A stretch of 64,000 bases of DNA. Origin: Phycisphaerae bacterium. GTDB lineage: Bacteria > Planctomycetota > Phycisphaerae > UBA1845. The translations under genes were made by a program, and so were the position numbers. The stretch is taken from contig CAXXKI010000002.1 in the NCBI GenBank assembly GCA_963667855.2, positions 8,828 to 72,827 on the forward strand, read 5' to 3'. This document shows positions 36,997 to 45,430 of this stretch, piece after piece (position 1 is the first letter of the stretch; every line of letters begins with the position of its first letter). The notes beneath the pieces were generated by a model. The model worked only from the letters and a program-made list of their open reading frames with translations, was not told the origin of the DNA and ran no database searches.

Positions 36997-38328
36997 TTAT
37001 CTCCGCAGGTAGGCGTCAATCGCCTGACCGGCACGTTTGCCCTCGGCCACCGCCTTGACGATGGTCGCTCCGCCATCCGCAGCAACGTCGCCACCGGCGT
37101 AAACTCCCGCCCGGCTGGTTGCCTGCGTCTCGTCGTCAACCAGGATTTTTCCACCACCGGTAAGTTTTACACCGGGCAAGGCCTTCTCCATCTCTGACGG
37201 TTTTGCCCCGATTGCGAAAATCACCGTTTCGCCCGGCAGCCAGTATTCCGTACCTTCGATCTTTTCCGCGTTGGAGGGGATGAATTTTTCCGGCTCTTTC
37301 CAGCGAATACGCACACCGGCCAGCCCCAGCACCTTGCCGCCTTCGCCGGTTACTTCCAGGGGCATGGTTCGGGTATGGAAGCGGGCGCCGAGTTCCCAGA
37401 CGTCCTTCAATTCCTTCTCATCGGCCGGCATCTCGTTGGGAGCTTCCAGGCAGACGATGTCGATCTCTCTTGCCCCCAGAGCATGGGCCGCGGATGCCAC
37501 GTCCATGGCCACACTGCCGCCGCCGACGATAACTACCGACTTGGTTATTTCCGGCTTGGCCCCTTCGCCCAGGTTGTAAGCGGAAAACGCGTTGAGGAAT
37601 TGCTTCCAGTTCTTAGCGCCGTCGAGATCCTCGCCTTTGATACCCGGCATGAATCCTTCCTGCAGACCGGCTGAGACGTATACGGCTTTGAAGCCTGCGT
37701 CGAACAGCTTGTCCAGGCTCTCCAGATCGCCCTGGCCAAACGCCTGCCCGGTCTTGATCTCAACGCCCAGGCTCTCCACCCAGGCCACCTCGCCGGCTAC
37801 CAGTTTCTGCGGTACGCGATGAGCGGGAACGCCGTAACTGCAGATACCGCCTGCCCGGTTGCTTCGCTCGAAAATGGTCGGTTTATGCCCAAGCCGGGCC
37901 AACTCCGCCGCTACGGACAAACCAGAAGGACCGCCGCCGATGACCGCTACCTTCTCACCGTTACCAGCACTTTTTTTACCCTTACGCCCGGAGGCCAACT
38001 CCTTCTCGGCCGCGTAATGCTGCAACTTGTCGATGGCAACCGGAACCGTCAGATCCGTACTGCGACATGCGCCGACGCAAAGCTTCTCCACGGGGCAAGC
38101 CAAACCGCAAACACCGGCCAGCACGTTCTGCTCGCGGATAAGGTTTATCGCCCGCCGGGGATTATCGAAACGGATCGCCCGGATGAAATGCTTTACGGGA
38201 ACCGACGCCGGGCAAGCGGCCACACAGGGTGAATCGTCACACATCAAACAACGACTCGCTTCATGCTTCGCCTGCGCGTCGGTCAGTACCGGCACACAAC
38301 CATTACAATTTTCTTTATTTTCACTCAT
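36997..38328 (-). CDS. preT: PreT/GltD-like FAD/NAD(P)-dependent oxidoreductase Fe-S subunit.
   Basis: 443 aa. N-terminal EASRCLMCDDSPCVAACPASVPV Fe-S motif, VAVIGGGPSGLSVAAELARLGH and VVIVGGGSVAMDVA dinucleotide folds. Confidence 0.75.
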   Translation of the reverse strand: MSENKENCNGCVPVLTDAQAKHEASRCLMCDDSPCVAACPASVPVKHFIRAIRFDNPRRAINLIREQNVLAGVCGLACPVEKLCVGACRSTDLTVPVAIDKLQHYAAEKELASGRKGKKSAGNGEKVAVIGGGPSGLSVAAELARLGHKPTIFERSNRAGGICSYGVPAHRVPQKLVAGEVAWVESLGVEIKTGQAFGQGDLESLDKLFDAGFKAVYVSAGLQEGFMPGIKGEDLDGAKNWKQFLNAFSAYNLGEGAKPEITKSVVIVGGGSVAMDVASAAHALGAREIDIVCLEAPNEMPADEKELKDVWELGARFHTRTMPLEVTGEGGKVLGLAGVRIRWKEPEKFIPSNAEKIEGTEYWLPGETVIFAIGAKPSEMEKALPGVKLTGGGKILVDDETQATSRAGVYAGGDVAADGGATIVKAVAEGKRAGQAIDAYLRR

Positions 38329-38575
38329 ATCCTGTCCTCTTTACACCGCGAAGTTGTCCTTGTTTTCAGGAGTGACCTTCGGGTTAGCACAGTCCGGATC
38401 CGGACAATGGCGTTTCCCGAAGAGGGCCCAAAAAACAGTTGCCACGAGACTTACGCTGACCGCCAAAACCACCCGGACCCGACAGGCCCCGGCGAAATCG
38501 CGAACGCGGTACCCTATCAAACCGCGTTGGCAAGGTCAATAATATACAAGCCAAAGCCCGTTTAAACCGCGTTAA

Positions 38576-38779
38576 AACGGCCCGGATCACACAAACCACC
38601 TCCACCGGCCGCCCGTACCGGTAATAAACGTCGAAGGGTTCAAACTCAATCGAGAACAAAATGCCAGGACGTTAATGAAATGGTATAGCAAAAACCGAGA
38701 CAACCTGATCTGGAATGAAACCCTGAAAAAATTCGCCCTGCCCGATAATTGGCATAATCAGCATGCACCGAAGGTTTAA
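38576..38779 (+). pseudogene. Orphan 3' gene fragment: the last ~58 codons plus stop of a paralogue of the 38921..41011 gene.
   Basis: Reads ...HLHRPPVPVINVEGFKLNREQNARTLMKWYSKNRDNLIWNETLKKFALPDNWHNQHAPKV-stop, against ...HLHQPPVPVINVEGFKLNREQNARTLMKWYSKNRDNLIWNKTLKRFALPDNWHNQHATQI-stop at 40832..41011. There is no start codon, and an upstream in-frame stop sits at 38573. Confidence 0.75.
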
Positions 38780-38920
38780 AATTGATCCTTGTATACGGTT
38801 TTAGAATTCTGCCGAAGCTATTGCCCTGACCTACGACTAAATATGCAAAATTGTCGCACCCCATACCCGTTCTCCCGGTATACTATTCTAGACGCTCTAT
38901 GTACATATTGGAGATCTCCC

Positions 38921-41011
38921 ATGTTTTATTATAAAAGCTGCCGCAAATTGCCCCTTGCGTTTATAGCAATCGCAGGATTCTGTGCCGCGATACTCGGCGC
39001 GAATACATCCTGTACGCAGAAACTTACGACTAATAAACATATTACGACAAATGACGATCCTGAACACGGATATACCTGCAGGCAGATAAGAGAACTGCTA
39101 AAGTCGCCTGACCCTGAATCGCAACGGCTCGGCATCAGTCTTGTTTACGACCAGGAACTGGAAGAGCTCTTTCCGGCATGCGCCGACCTGCTTCTCATTC
39201 CGGACGAACGCACCCGCGAATGTCTGATCAAGTTGTTTTCTGATAAAGGAATTCCCGGGCTGAACGTGACTAACGCCCAACAGTATCTTGGGTATTCACA
39301 AAAGCTCGATCAGCAGATAGCGATGTATTGCCACACACAATTCGGCGAGCAGGCCCTGCCGCTGGTTCGCCAGGTCGCATTCCACTTGTACGAGCCAACG
39401 CCGGAGTATCTTCCTTACCGCGGCCTGGAAACTCGAAAGCTGATCGAAATCCTCTGCGACGCAAACGAACCGGACCTTGATGCACGATTAATAGAACTCG
39501 CCCACAAAAGTATCACTGCAAACCGATGCCTACATAACTTGCTTCTACTCGATATGCTCAGCCCGGACGCGCCAACCGATATCATCGATGAACTATTACA
39601 ATCCGAAACGAATAGCAACCGAACCCATGCAGCTCTGCTGATTCAGGAACTTGGTTTGGACCAATTTGGCGACAAGCTAAGCCAACTCGCCAAGACGTGC
39701 GACCCTCCCAATGTTTTTCTTGTCAGACCCCTGATTGAGTTTGAACACCCTGATGCCTGGAAAGCCACCGTCCGCCTGTTGGAAAGCGATGCTTTAAATC
39801 CCTACGCAAAACACAATTCCCTTCTTTGGGAGCCTGTGCGGGCGTACTATTTCGGCGTCCAACTCGCGACCCTGAAACATTCGCATGGAACCGAAATACA
39901 CGAAATGCTTCGCGGCGAATTGGCGGGGAAAATGCGCCGCTGGATAGTCGTAGCACTTACGGCCAGTATCGCTTTCGAGCCGGATAATGGAGACTTCGAA
40001 TTACTCCTGGAAATTGCCAGGAAAGAAGATGCGCCCAGGGCAGCGCAGATCCTGGCAGCGGTAGCCCTGTCCCGCATGGGAAAACCTGTATGCATACCAG
40101 AGTTGAAACGCCTCATGCAAGTTTGTCTGCAATTTAATCCTAATTTACCGACACCATTTGGTGCTTCTGGGTGCTCTTCACACCCCGATAAAGCTCCAAA
40201 GAAATTCCAACCATGTACTCCGAGAGAATTTTCTGCCTGTTACAGGTTTATAGCCAATCAGGTCCGAGCCGATGTATATTCAGAAAATATACAATACCCC
40301 TATTGCAACTACTTGATGCGTGAACTCGGCTTTCGGGTTATCCATAAGGAACACATATGCGTCGCCGCTGCCCTTAACCGCATGGGCGACGACTCGATGA
40401 CTGCTGAACTCGTCGAGGCGCTCGTCTGGCCAGGCAAAACCTGGAACTTCGAAGCGTATAATCTACTCGTACAATTAAAAGGTATCGAAGGTTACAGACT
40501 GGCTAAACAGCACGCTTTATCAGTTGATCCCCAAATGGCTAAACAGTTGTTCCCCGCTCCAAGTATTTTCCTTAATATCGAGTTATCTCACGAAGACGCG
40601 ATGAACTTGATAGATATTGAAAGAGGCCTTCTTATAACAGAGGCTGTCCTGATCATTAAACATAACCTGCAGGAAACAACCGACCCCCTGGTAAAGCTTT
40701 TCGGTAAAGTTACTTACCGGCGAGAATACAGTCGCCCGATTATCGTCGACACCCTCTGCCGCCTGGGCGACTTAAGAGGCCTGGACCTCGCTCTCGAGGA
40801 TCCGGAACTATTCCTGCATGTCGCGAAACATCTCCACCAGCCGCCCGTACCGGTAATAAACGTAGAAGGGTTCAAACTCAATAGAGAACAAAATGCCAGG
40901 ACGTTAATGAAATGGTATAGCAAAAACCGAGACAACCTGATCTGGAATAAAACTCTTAAAAGATTCGCCCTGCCCGATAATTGGCATAATCAGCATGCAA
41001 CGCAGATTTAA
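38921..41011 (+). CDS. Hypothetical secreted or membrane-anchored alpha-helical (HEAT/ARM-like) repeat protein.
   Basis: GGAG RBS before MFYYKSCRKLPLAFIAIAGFCAAILGANTSC. 696 aa of helical, Leu-rich repeats. I recognise no catalytic motifs. Confidence 0.55.
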   Translation: MFYYKSCRKLPLAFIAIAGFCAAILGANTSCTQKLTTNKHITTNDDPEHGYTCRQIRELLKSPDPESQRLGISLVYDQELEELFPACADLLLIPDERTRECLIKLFSDKGIPGLNVTNAQQYLGYSQKLDQQIAMYCHTQFGEQALPLVRQVAFHLYEPTPEYLPYRGLETRKLIEILCDANEPDLDARLIELAHKSITANRCLHNLLLLDMLSPDAPTDIIDELLQSETNSNRTHAALLIQELGLDQFGDKLSQLAKTCDPPNVFLVRPLIEFEHPDAWKATVRLLESDALNPYAKHNSLLWEPVRAYYFGVQLATLKHSHGTEIHEMLRGELAGKMRRWIVVALTASIAFEPDNGDFELLLEIARKEDAPRAAQILAAVALSRMGKPVCIPELKRLMQVCLQFNPNLPTPFGASGCSSHPDKAPKKFQPCTPREFSACYRFIANQVRADVYSENIQYPYCNYLMRELGFRVIHKEHICVAAALNRMGDDSMTAELVEALVWPGKTWNFEAYNLLVQLKGIEGYRLAKQHALSVDPQMAKQLFPAPSIFLNIELSHEDAMNLIDIERGLLITEAVLIIKHNLQETTDPLVKLFGKVTYRREYSRPIIVDTLCRLGDLRGLDLALEDPELFLHVAKHLHQPPVPVINVEGFKLNREQNARTLMKWYSKNRDNLIWNKTLKRFALPDNWHNQHATQI

Positions 41012-41102
41012 AATCGGTCCTTGTATACGGTTTTAGAATTTCGTCGGGTCTGTTGACCCGACCTACCAATCTCGTTACTCAATATCCCCTATTTAATTTT
41101 AT

Positions 41103-41122
41103 GGTCTGCACAGCAGACCCTA
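41103..41122 (-). repeat. Second copy of the stop-embedded hairpin TAGGGTCTGCTGTGCAGACC.
   Basis: The reverse complement of 41103..41122 is identical to 2796..2815. The TAG is the stop codon of the metallophosphoesterase gene. A second hairpin, GTCGGGTC-AACA-GACCCGAC, lies at ~41043..41063. Confidence 0.6.
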
Positions 41123-42646
41123 CGGGATTATGTTGAATCGGGCTGAGCCGGTGCGGTCTGTTTCTTTTTGCGGGCGGGTCTTTGATTCGTAGGGAACCGG
41201 CGGCTGAAAGCCGGCGGAGGGGAAGATGGGGAGCAGGTGGTTTATCTCCGAATGCTTCCTGGCTATTTCAAGTACTTTGCGGCGCATGGGCAGGTAGGGG
41301 TCGTCTTCAATATCAGCGGAATCGGTTCCCTCGAAAGCCGATCCTTCGTAAACGGTTGAGAAAACCGAATAGCGGAGGATGGTTTCGGTCTCGTTTCGCC
41401 ATATTTCGAGCATCCGGCCTTCCTGCGGGTAATCCATAATCGATCCGGTTTCGAATTCCAGGTATCCCTGTCTGTCCCAGACGCGGTGCCTGTGCGAGTG
41501 GCCCGCGAGGTGGGCGACTACGTTTGGATAGGTGCGGAGCAGATCCCTGAACTGTTCGGGATTAACAGCAGAACCCTGGGACGGGAGAATATTAAAACTC
41601 GGATGATGGGTGGCGACTATTACTATTTCATTCGCGTCTCGAGAGAGATCCAGTTGATCGACAAGGAACTGCAGTTGCCTAGTCACAATCGCGCCGGAGT
41701 CGTAGATACCGGCCGGCAAGGTTATGGAGGGGATACTGGTATCGAGAACGATAAGACGAACACCGGGAGCGGGAGTGACACTGTACCAGGTTTCGCCCGA
41801 TTCAGAAAAACCATGCCCGTTGGGTTCGGTCATTGTATTAAAATGGGCGTTAAGAAAATCGTTACCGGTAACAAAATGCCGGTCGGGATTCGGGGTTACG
41901 GCCGACGGAAGGACCACATCAGGTGGCGGGCCGGGATATGCCGGAGTGATCGGGCCATAGGCGATTCCACCGTCGGGTACCAGCGAAGTCGGCAGGAACA
42001 GGCCTATCCTGTTGGAAACGGGTAAGAGAGCATGCAAGCCGCCGAACAAGCTGGGCAAAATAGGAAAGATACCTATGGCGTACCGATCGTGATTCCCCAC
42101 GGCCGAGTACCAGGAAATCGACGGTCGTTCGCCGTGATTCCCCTGCAGATACAGCCCTTCGGCCTGGAACGGGCGATGGGGATCGAGGAGCACAGGACCG
42201 CGATCTTCCGGGAGCCTGTCATCCCGGCCCGTCAAGGGGTCGATCAGCTTTCCTTCAAAGCAGTCGATAAACCAGGCGAGTTCGTTAGCCTGGGCGTTAT
42301 CCACCGCGTCGCCAGTATGCAGGACAAAATCGACCTGCTTTACCGCTTGGTGAAAACGGTTAATTACACGAATAATACCATCGAGGGAGTGGACGCTGTA
42401 CTTTTCGTGCGGTCGCCAGGCGAAGGCATTCAAGCCGGCCAACGCCGTCAGGCGCCCCGGTGATTCCTCATCTACTATGTGGGCGTCGGTTATGTGGGCG
42501 AAGCGGGTGACCAGTTCGTATTTCGATTCATCGAAGGAATCGGTAAGGTTACTGTCGGAGAGAGGTATACCTTCGTTCGCTCCGCAACCGGAAAAAAGTG
42601 AAACAAGAAATATAAGGAGAAAAGAGCTAACCGGTCGCGGGTTCAT
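41120..42646 (-). CDS. Secreted/lipoprotein metallophosphoesterase (calcineurin-like).
   Basis: Lipobox LVSLFSGC. Motifs FAHITDAHIVDE, LHTGDAVDN, GNHD (AVGNHDRY), GHSHRH. Confidence 0.85.
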   Translation of the reverse strand: MNPRPVSSFLLIFLVSLFSGCGANEGIPLSDSNLTDSFDESKYELVTRFAHITDAHIVDEESPGRLTALAGLNAFAWRPHEKYSVHSLDGIIRVINRFHQAVKQVDFVLHTGDAVDNAQANELAWFIDCFEGKLIDPLTGRDDRLPEDRGPVLLDPHRPFQAEGLYLQGNHGERPSISWYSAVGNHDRYAIGIFPILPSLFGGLHALLPVSNRIGLFLPTSLVPDGGIAYGPITPAYPGPPPDVVLPSAVTPNPDRHFVTGNDFLNAHFNTMTEPNGHGFSESGETWYSVTPAPGVRLIVLDTSIPSITLPAGIYDSGAIVTRQLQFLVDQLDLSRDANEIVIVATHHPSFNILPSQGSAVNPEQFRDLLRTYPNVVAHLAGHSHRHRVWDRQGYLEFETGSIMDYPQEGRMLEIWRNETETILRYSVFSTVYEGSAFEGTDSADIEDDPYLPMRRKVLEIARKHSEINHLLPIFPSAGFQPPVPYESKTRPQKETDRTGSARFNIIP

Positions 42647-42653
42647 TACAGCA

Positions 42654-43091
42654 TCAGCTCTTGTGGTTTACGATCGCCTGGTGGATTTCGTCGAAGTCGC
42701 AGTTGAGAGCCATGAGTGCGCCGTGGGCCACGCTGCCCTCCTCTTTCAGGAGAGCGAGGAGCATGTGCTCGGTGCCGATGTTTTCCGCTCCCATTTTCTC
42801 AGCCTGCTGTATGGCCAGAGCCACGACGTTGCGATAGTGGGGAGTTCCGGGTAACCGGCCAAACACCCAGGTATCCTCCATGCTCTTTTTCATGAGCCGG
42901 TCGATCTCTTCCTTGAGCCGGGCCTCGGTAACGCCTTTGTCTTTAAGCAATTGCCAGGCGAGCCCGGTCCCTTCACGGACGATAGCTAACAGAATATGTT
43001 CGGTACCGACGTAATCCATTTCGTATTCGTGTGCGATACGATTGGCAATACCAACAACTTCCTGAACCCGCTTGGTGAAATTCTTATGCAT
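42654..43091 (-). CDS. Stand-alone Clp N-terminal (Clp_R repeat) domain protein.
   Basis: Two Clp_N repeats (YVGTEHILLAIVREGTGLAWQLL and NIGTEHMLLALLKEEGSVAHGAL). ~146 aa with no AAA+ module. The start is taken at MHKNFTKRVQEV, because the longer ORF would overlap the upstream gene. Confidence 0.75.
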   Translation of the reverse strand: MHKNFTKRVQEVVGIANRIAHEYEMDYVGTEHILLAIVREGTGLAWQLLKDKGVTEARLKEEIDRLMKKSMEDTWVFGRLPGTPHYRNVVALAIQQAEKMGAENIGTEHMLLALLKEEGSVAHGALMALNCDFDEIHQAIVNHKS

Positions 43092-43140
43092 TTCGTCGCC
43101 ATCCTGCTCGTTTACTGGAGTGTACCAGTGTCGTGTAACT

Positions 43141-43968
43141 TCAACTGTTATCCACCTGCTGCACTTCGGTTGCACTCGGCGGCGGCAGTGTCTGCCCCTT
43201 ACGCAGGTAATCATATCCCAGGCTGACCAGGGCTACAAGGATGGAAAAGATGAGGGTGATTTTGAGGATTCTAAGGCGGTTTGCCACCTCTCTATCGCGC
43301 CATTGAGACAGGCGGAAGTCGATTTCGTCGAGCTTGGCGTCGATGCGGGATTCTATTTCGTCGAGTTTCTCGGCTACGTAATCGTCGGCAGCGCCGCGAA
43401 TGGTTTTGGAAATACCACTAACCACGCCCTCTTTCTGGATTCGCTTTTTCAATTCCGCCGTTCCGGATTCGGTTGCCCTGGTTCGGCTGGAGATTTCCGG
43501 CTCGAACATCCGGCTGAGGACTGAGCCCATCAGCTTGCGGCGGTGCCTGCGAACCGTCTCTCTAAAGCTTTCTTTCTTACGCAGCAGGCGGATTATGTCA
43601 GATCGTGACACTCCGGGTGAGACAATCAAACCCTTGAGTTTCGCCAGAGCGTGCAGCCCCCGGTCGGAAAGAGTATCGAAATTATCCAGGTGGCAGCGGA
43701 GAATTCTTGCGACCAGGATTTCGTTTGAGGGGTTATCGTCCACTTTAGCCGAGGAGAAGAGAGCCAGGTCGAGCAGTGCCCCGCGGTCCAGGTTTTTGAC
43801 GAGGGCGATCCTATCAGATAGTTTGGTTTCGATATCGGTTCTGGGAGTTTTTGAGGAGATTTCCAATCCGAGCTGTTCGGCCGCGGCGATCAACTGGTCG
43901 ACGGATTGGAGCTTTTCTTCCGGTTTGGGAAGGTTGCTTTCCGGGTTGTTTTCACTTGTGTCGGACAT
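43141..43968 (-). CDS. Hypothetical coiled-coil protein with a C-terminal TM anchor.
   Basis: 275 aa. Charged helical body and a tail-anchor ILKITLIFSILVALVSLGYDYL. No family recognised. Confidence 0.5.
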   Translation of the reverse strand: MSDTSENNPESNLPKPEEKLQSVDQLIAAAEQLGLEISSKTPRTDIETKLSDRIALVKNLDRGALLDLALFSSAKVDDNPSNEILVARILRCHLDNFDTLSDRGLHALAKLKGLIVSPGVSRSDIIRLLRKKESFRETVRRHRRKLMGSVLSRMFEPEISSRTRATESGTAELKKRIQKEGVVSGISKTIRGAADDYVAEKLDEIESRIDAKLDEIDFRLSQWRDREVANRLRILKITLIFSILVALVSLGYDYLRKGQTLPPPSATEVQQVDNS

Positions 43969-43994
43969 TTCTCAATCCCTCAACCGAAGATAAG

Positions 43995-44402
43995 CTACAA
44001 TTGTACGGAAACAACCCACCAGAGTACAAGCGAAAGAACAGCTATCTGCAGGAAGTCGAGCCAGAACAATCTCAGGCGAACGGCGAGTACGTTGGCGACG
44101 AGGTAGCGCCGGGCCATCCTCAATGATCGCGGCCAATCTTCACCTGAGACGCTGAAGGTCCAGATGAAGCGAACCAGTTTGACCACGGTATAGGTCAGTA
44201 CAACGACGACCAGAACATGGCGGAAAAGATGGAATAGGGTTAGAGCCAGCACGAATCGATTCTCCCACGTGTAAAGTATACTGACATAGCATACCACGGC
44301 CAATGCCAAGGAGAAAGAGTGTATTAAAATCGTAGCAAATACCAAGGAAACAAGATGTAGCGAGAACGGGCGTTTTCGTTCATAGTAAAAACGAACACGC
44401 AC
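43995..44402 (-). CDS. Hypothetical small membrane protein (about 4 TM segments).
   Basis: 135-aa ORF with a GTG start, very hydrophobic. First gene of the 44402..41120 co-directional block. Confidence 0.4.
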   Translation of the reverse strand: MRVRFYYERKRPFSLHLVSLVFATILIHSFSLALAVVCYVSILYTWENRFVLALTLFHLFRHVLVVVVLTYTVVKLVRFIWTFSVSGEDWPRSLRMARRYLVANVLAVRLRLFWLDFLQIAVLSLVLWWVVSVQL

Positions 44403-44483
44403 GTTGATTGATTTTAGCCTGTCAGTATCACTATAATTTGAATAGTCAACATTGATATAAACACATTACTCCGGGATAGCACA

Positions 44484-45401
44484 ATGCATGTTCCAGATAT
44501 TGAAGTCAGCTGTGCGGTTTGTAACGGCTTATTAAGAGGAAAAGACTTTACCACAACTTGTGATAACTGCCACACCCCGATAGACCGTACACTCTATCTC
44601 CCCGCTATCGACCTGAACACGTACAAGATACGCGCTGACATGAAATGTCGACAATGTGGATATAATGTTAAAACGCTACCACTCTCTTCGGTTTGTCCGG
44701 AGTGCGCTTCGCCAATAGTTAATGCTTTACAAAAATACTCCTGGTTCAAGAGGATTAAAACCGGTATCAATCTTTTATTATTCGCAATTGTAGCAATTCC
44801 GGCAGTCTTTGCGATTTCGCTTTACTTCTGCCATCGAGTTTCTTTGTTTTCCACGATTATCGGGTTTGTACTCATTACGTTAATGGCTATATTCGCATCT
44901 GGCGCTTTTAGAGTGGCGGAGAAACCACACCCAGCAGCTTCAAGCTACACCTCATGGGTATTACGAATTGGGTTAATCTCGGCAGCTTTTTGGGCGATGA
45001 CAGATAACTATGTACTATATGATACCTTCAGGAATTGGTTATCCAGTGGACTAGAGTATCAACCGCGCCATCTTGATTCATGGGCATCAATATCTGCTAT
45101 CATCCTGTCGATTATACTCACAAGTACGCTTTTTTGCCTTAAAAGGATATCCACGATTTGCCTGGCAGGACGGTTGAATGGATTAACGTGGATAGCTATA
45201 TGGCTTGTTCTCGCCCTGACTCTTTTCGCCATTCTTCAATTTAATCCGCTGGGGCTGACCGAATATACAAAAGAGTATTACACGTGGAAAGGAATCGCGG
45301 ATAGCATGGTAAAACCGTTTCTAATCCTATTGGCAATCACCTATCTTCTGGCTGTTTTCCTGCTCGTTAAGTATTCCAGATTAATGCAACGCAAAACTTA
45401 A
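44484..45401 (+). CDS. Double zinc-ribbon / polytopic membrane protein (paralogue family member 1).
   Basis: N-terminus SCAVCNGLL...CDNCHTP (ribbon 1) and CRQCGYNV...CPECASP (ribbon 2), then 5-6 TM helices. Same layout as 60045..61019 and 61241..62167. Confidence 0.7.
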   Translation: MHVPDIEVSCAVCNGLLRGKDFTTTCDNCHTPIDRTLYLPAIDLNTYKIRADMKCRQCGYNVKTLPLSSVCPECASPIVNALQKYSWFKRIKTGINLLLFAIVAIPAVFAISLYFCHRVSLFSTIIGFVLITLMAIFASGAFRVAEKPHPAASSYTSWVLRIGLISAAFWAMTDNYVLYDTFRNWLSSGLEYQPRHLDSWASISAIILSIILTSTLFCLKRISTICLAGRLNGLTWIAIWLVLALTLFAILQFNPLGLTEYTKEYYTWKGIADSMVKPFLILLAITYLLAVFLLVKYSRLMQRKT

Positions 45402-45430
45402 TCGCACTGTTTATACATTCGGGCTTCACT

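Noticed and set aside
35692-37197. Plus-strand ORFs (254, 233 and 174 aa) opposite the preA-like and preT-like genes.
   Set aside because: Antisense shadow ORFs. The minus-strand genes carry complete Fe-S and flavin motifs.
24003-38328. Selenocysteine (in-frame TGA) recoding within the selenium-associated cluster.
   Set aside because: All ten ORFs are uninterrupted from start to stop, and there are no split ORFs joined by a TGA. This fits a labile selenium cofactor rather than Sec incorporation.
38329-38480. Moco riboswitch or sigma54 promoter in the SDMH operon leader, including a TGGCAA-N-TTTT segment on the minus strand (~38429..38444).
   Set aside because: The -12 element matches only 2 of 4 TTGC positions at the correct spacing. 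I could not find the conserved Moco-motif core segments. Only generic palindromes remain, and these are reported separately.
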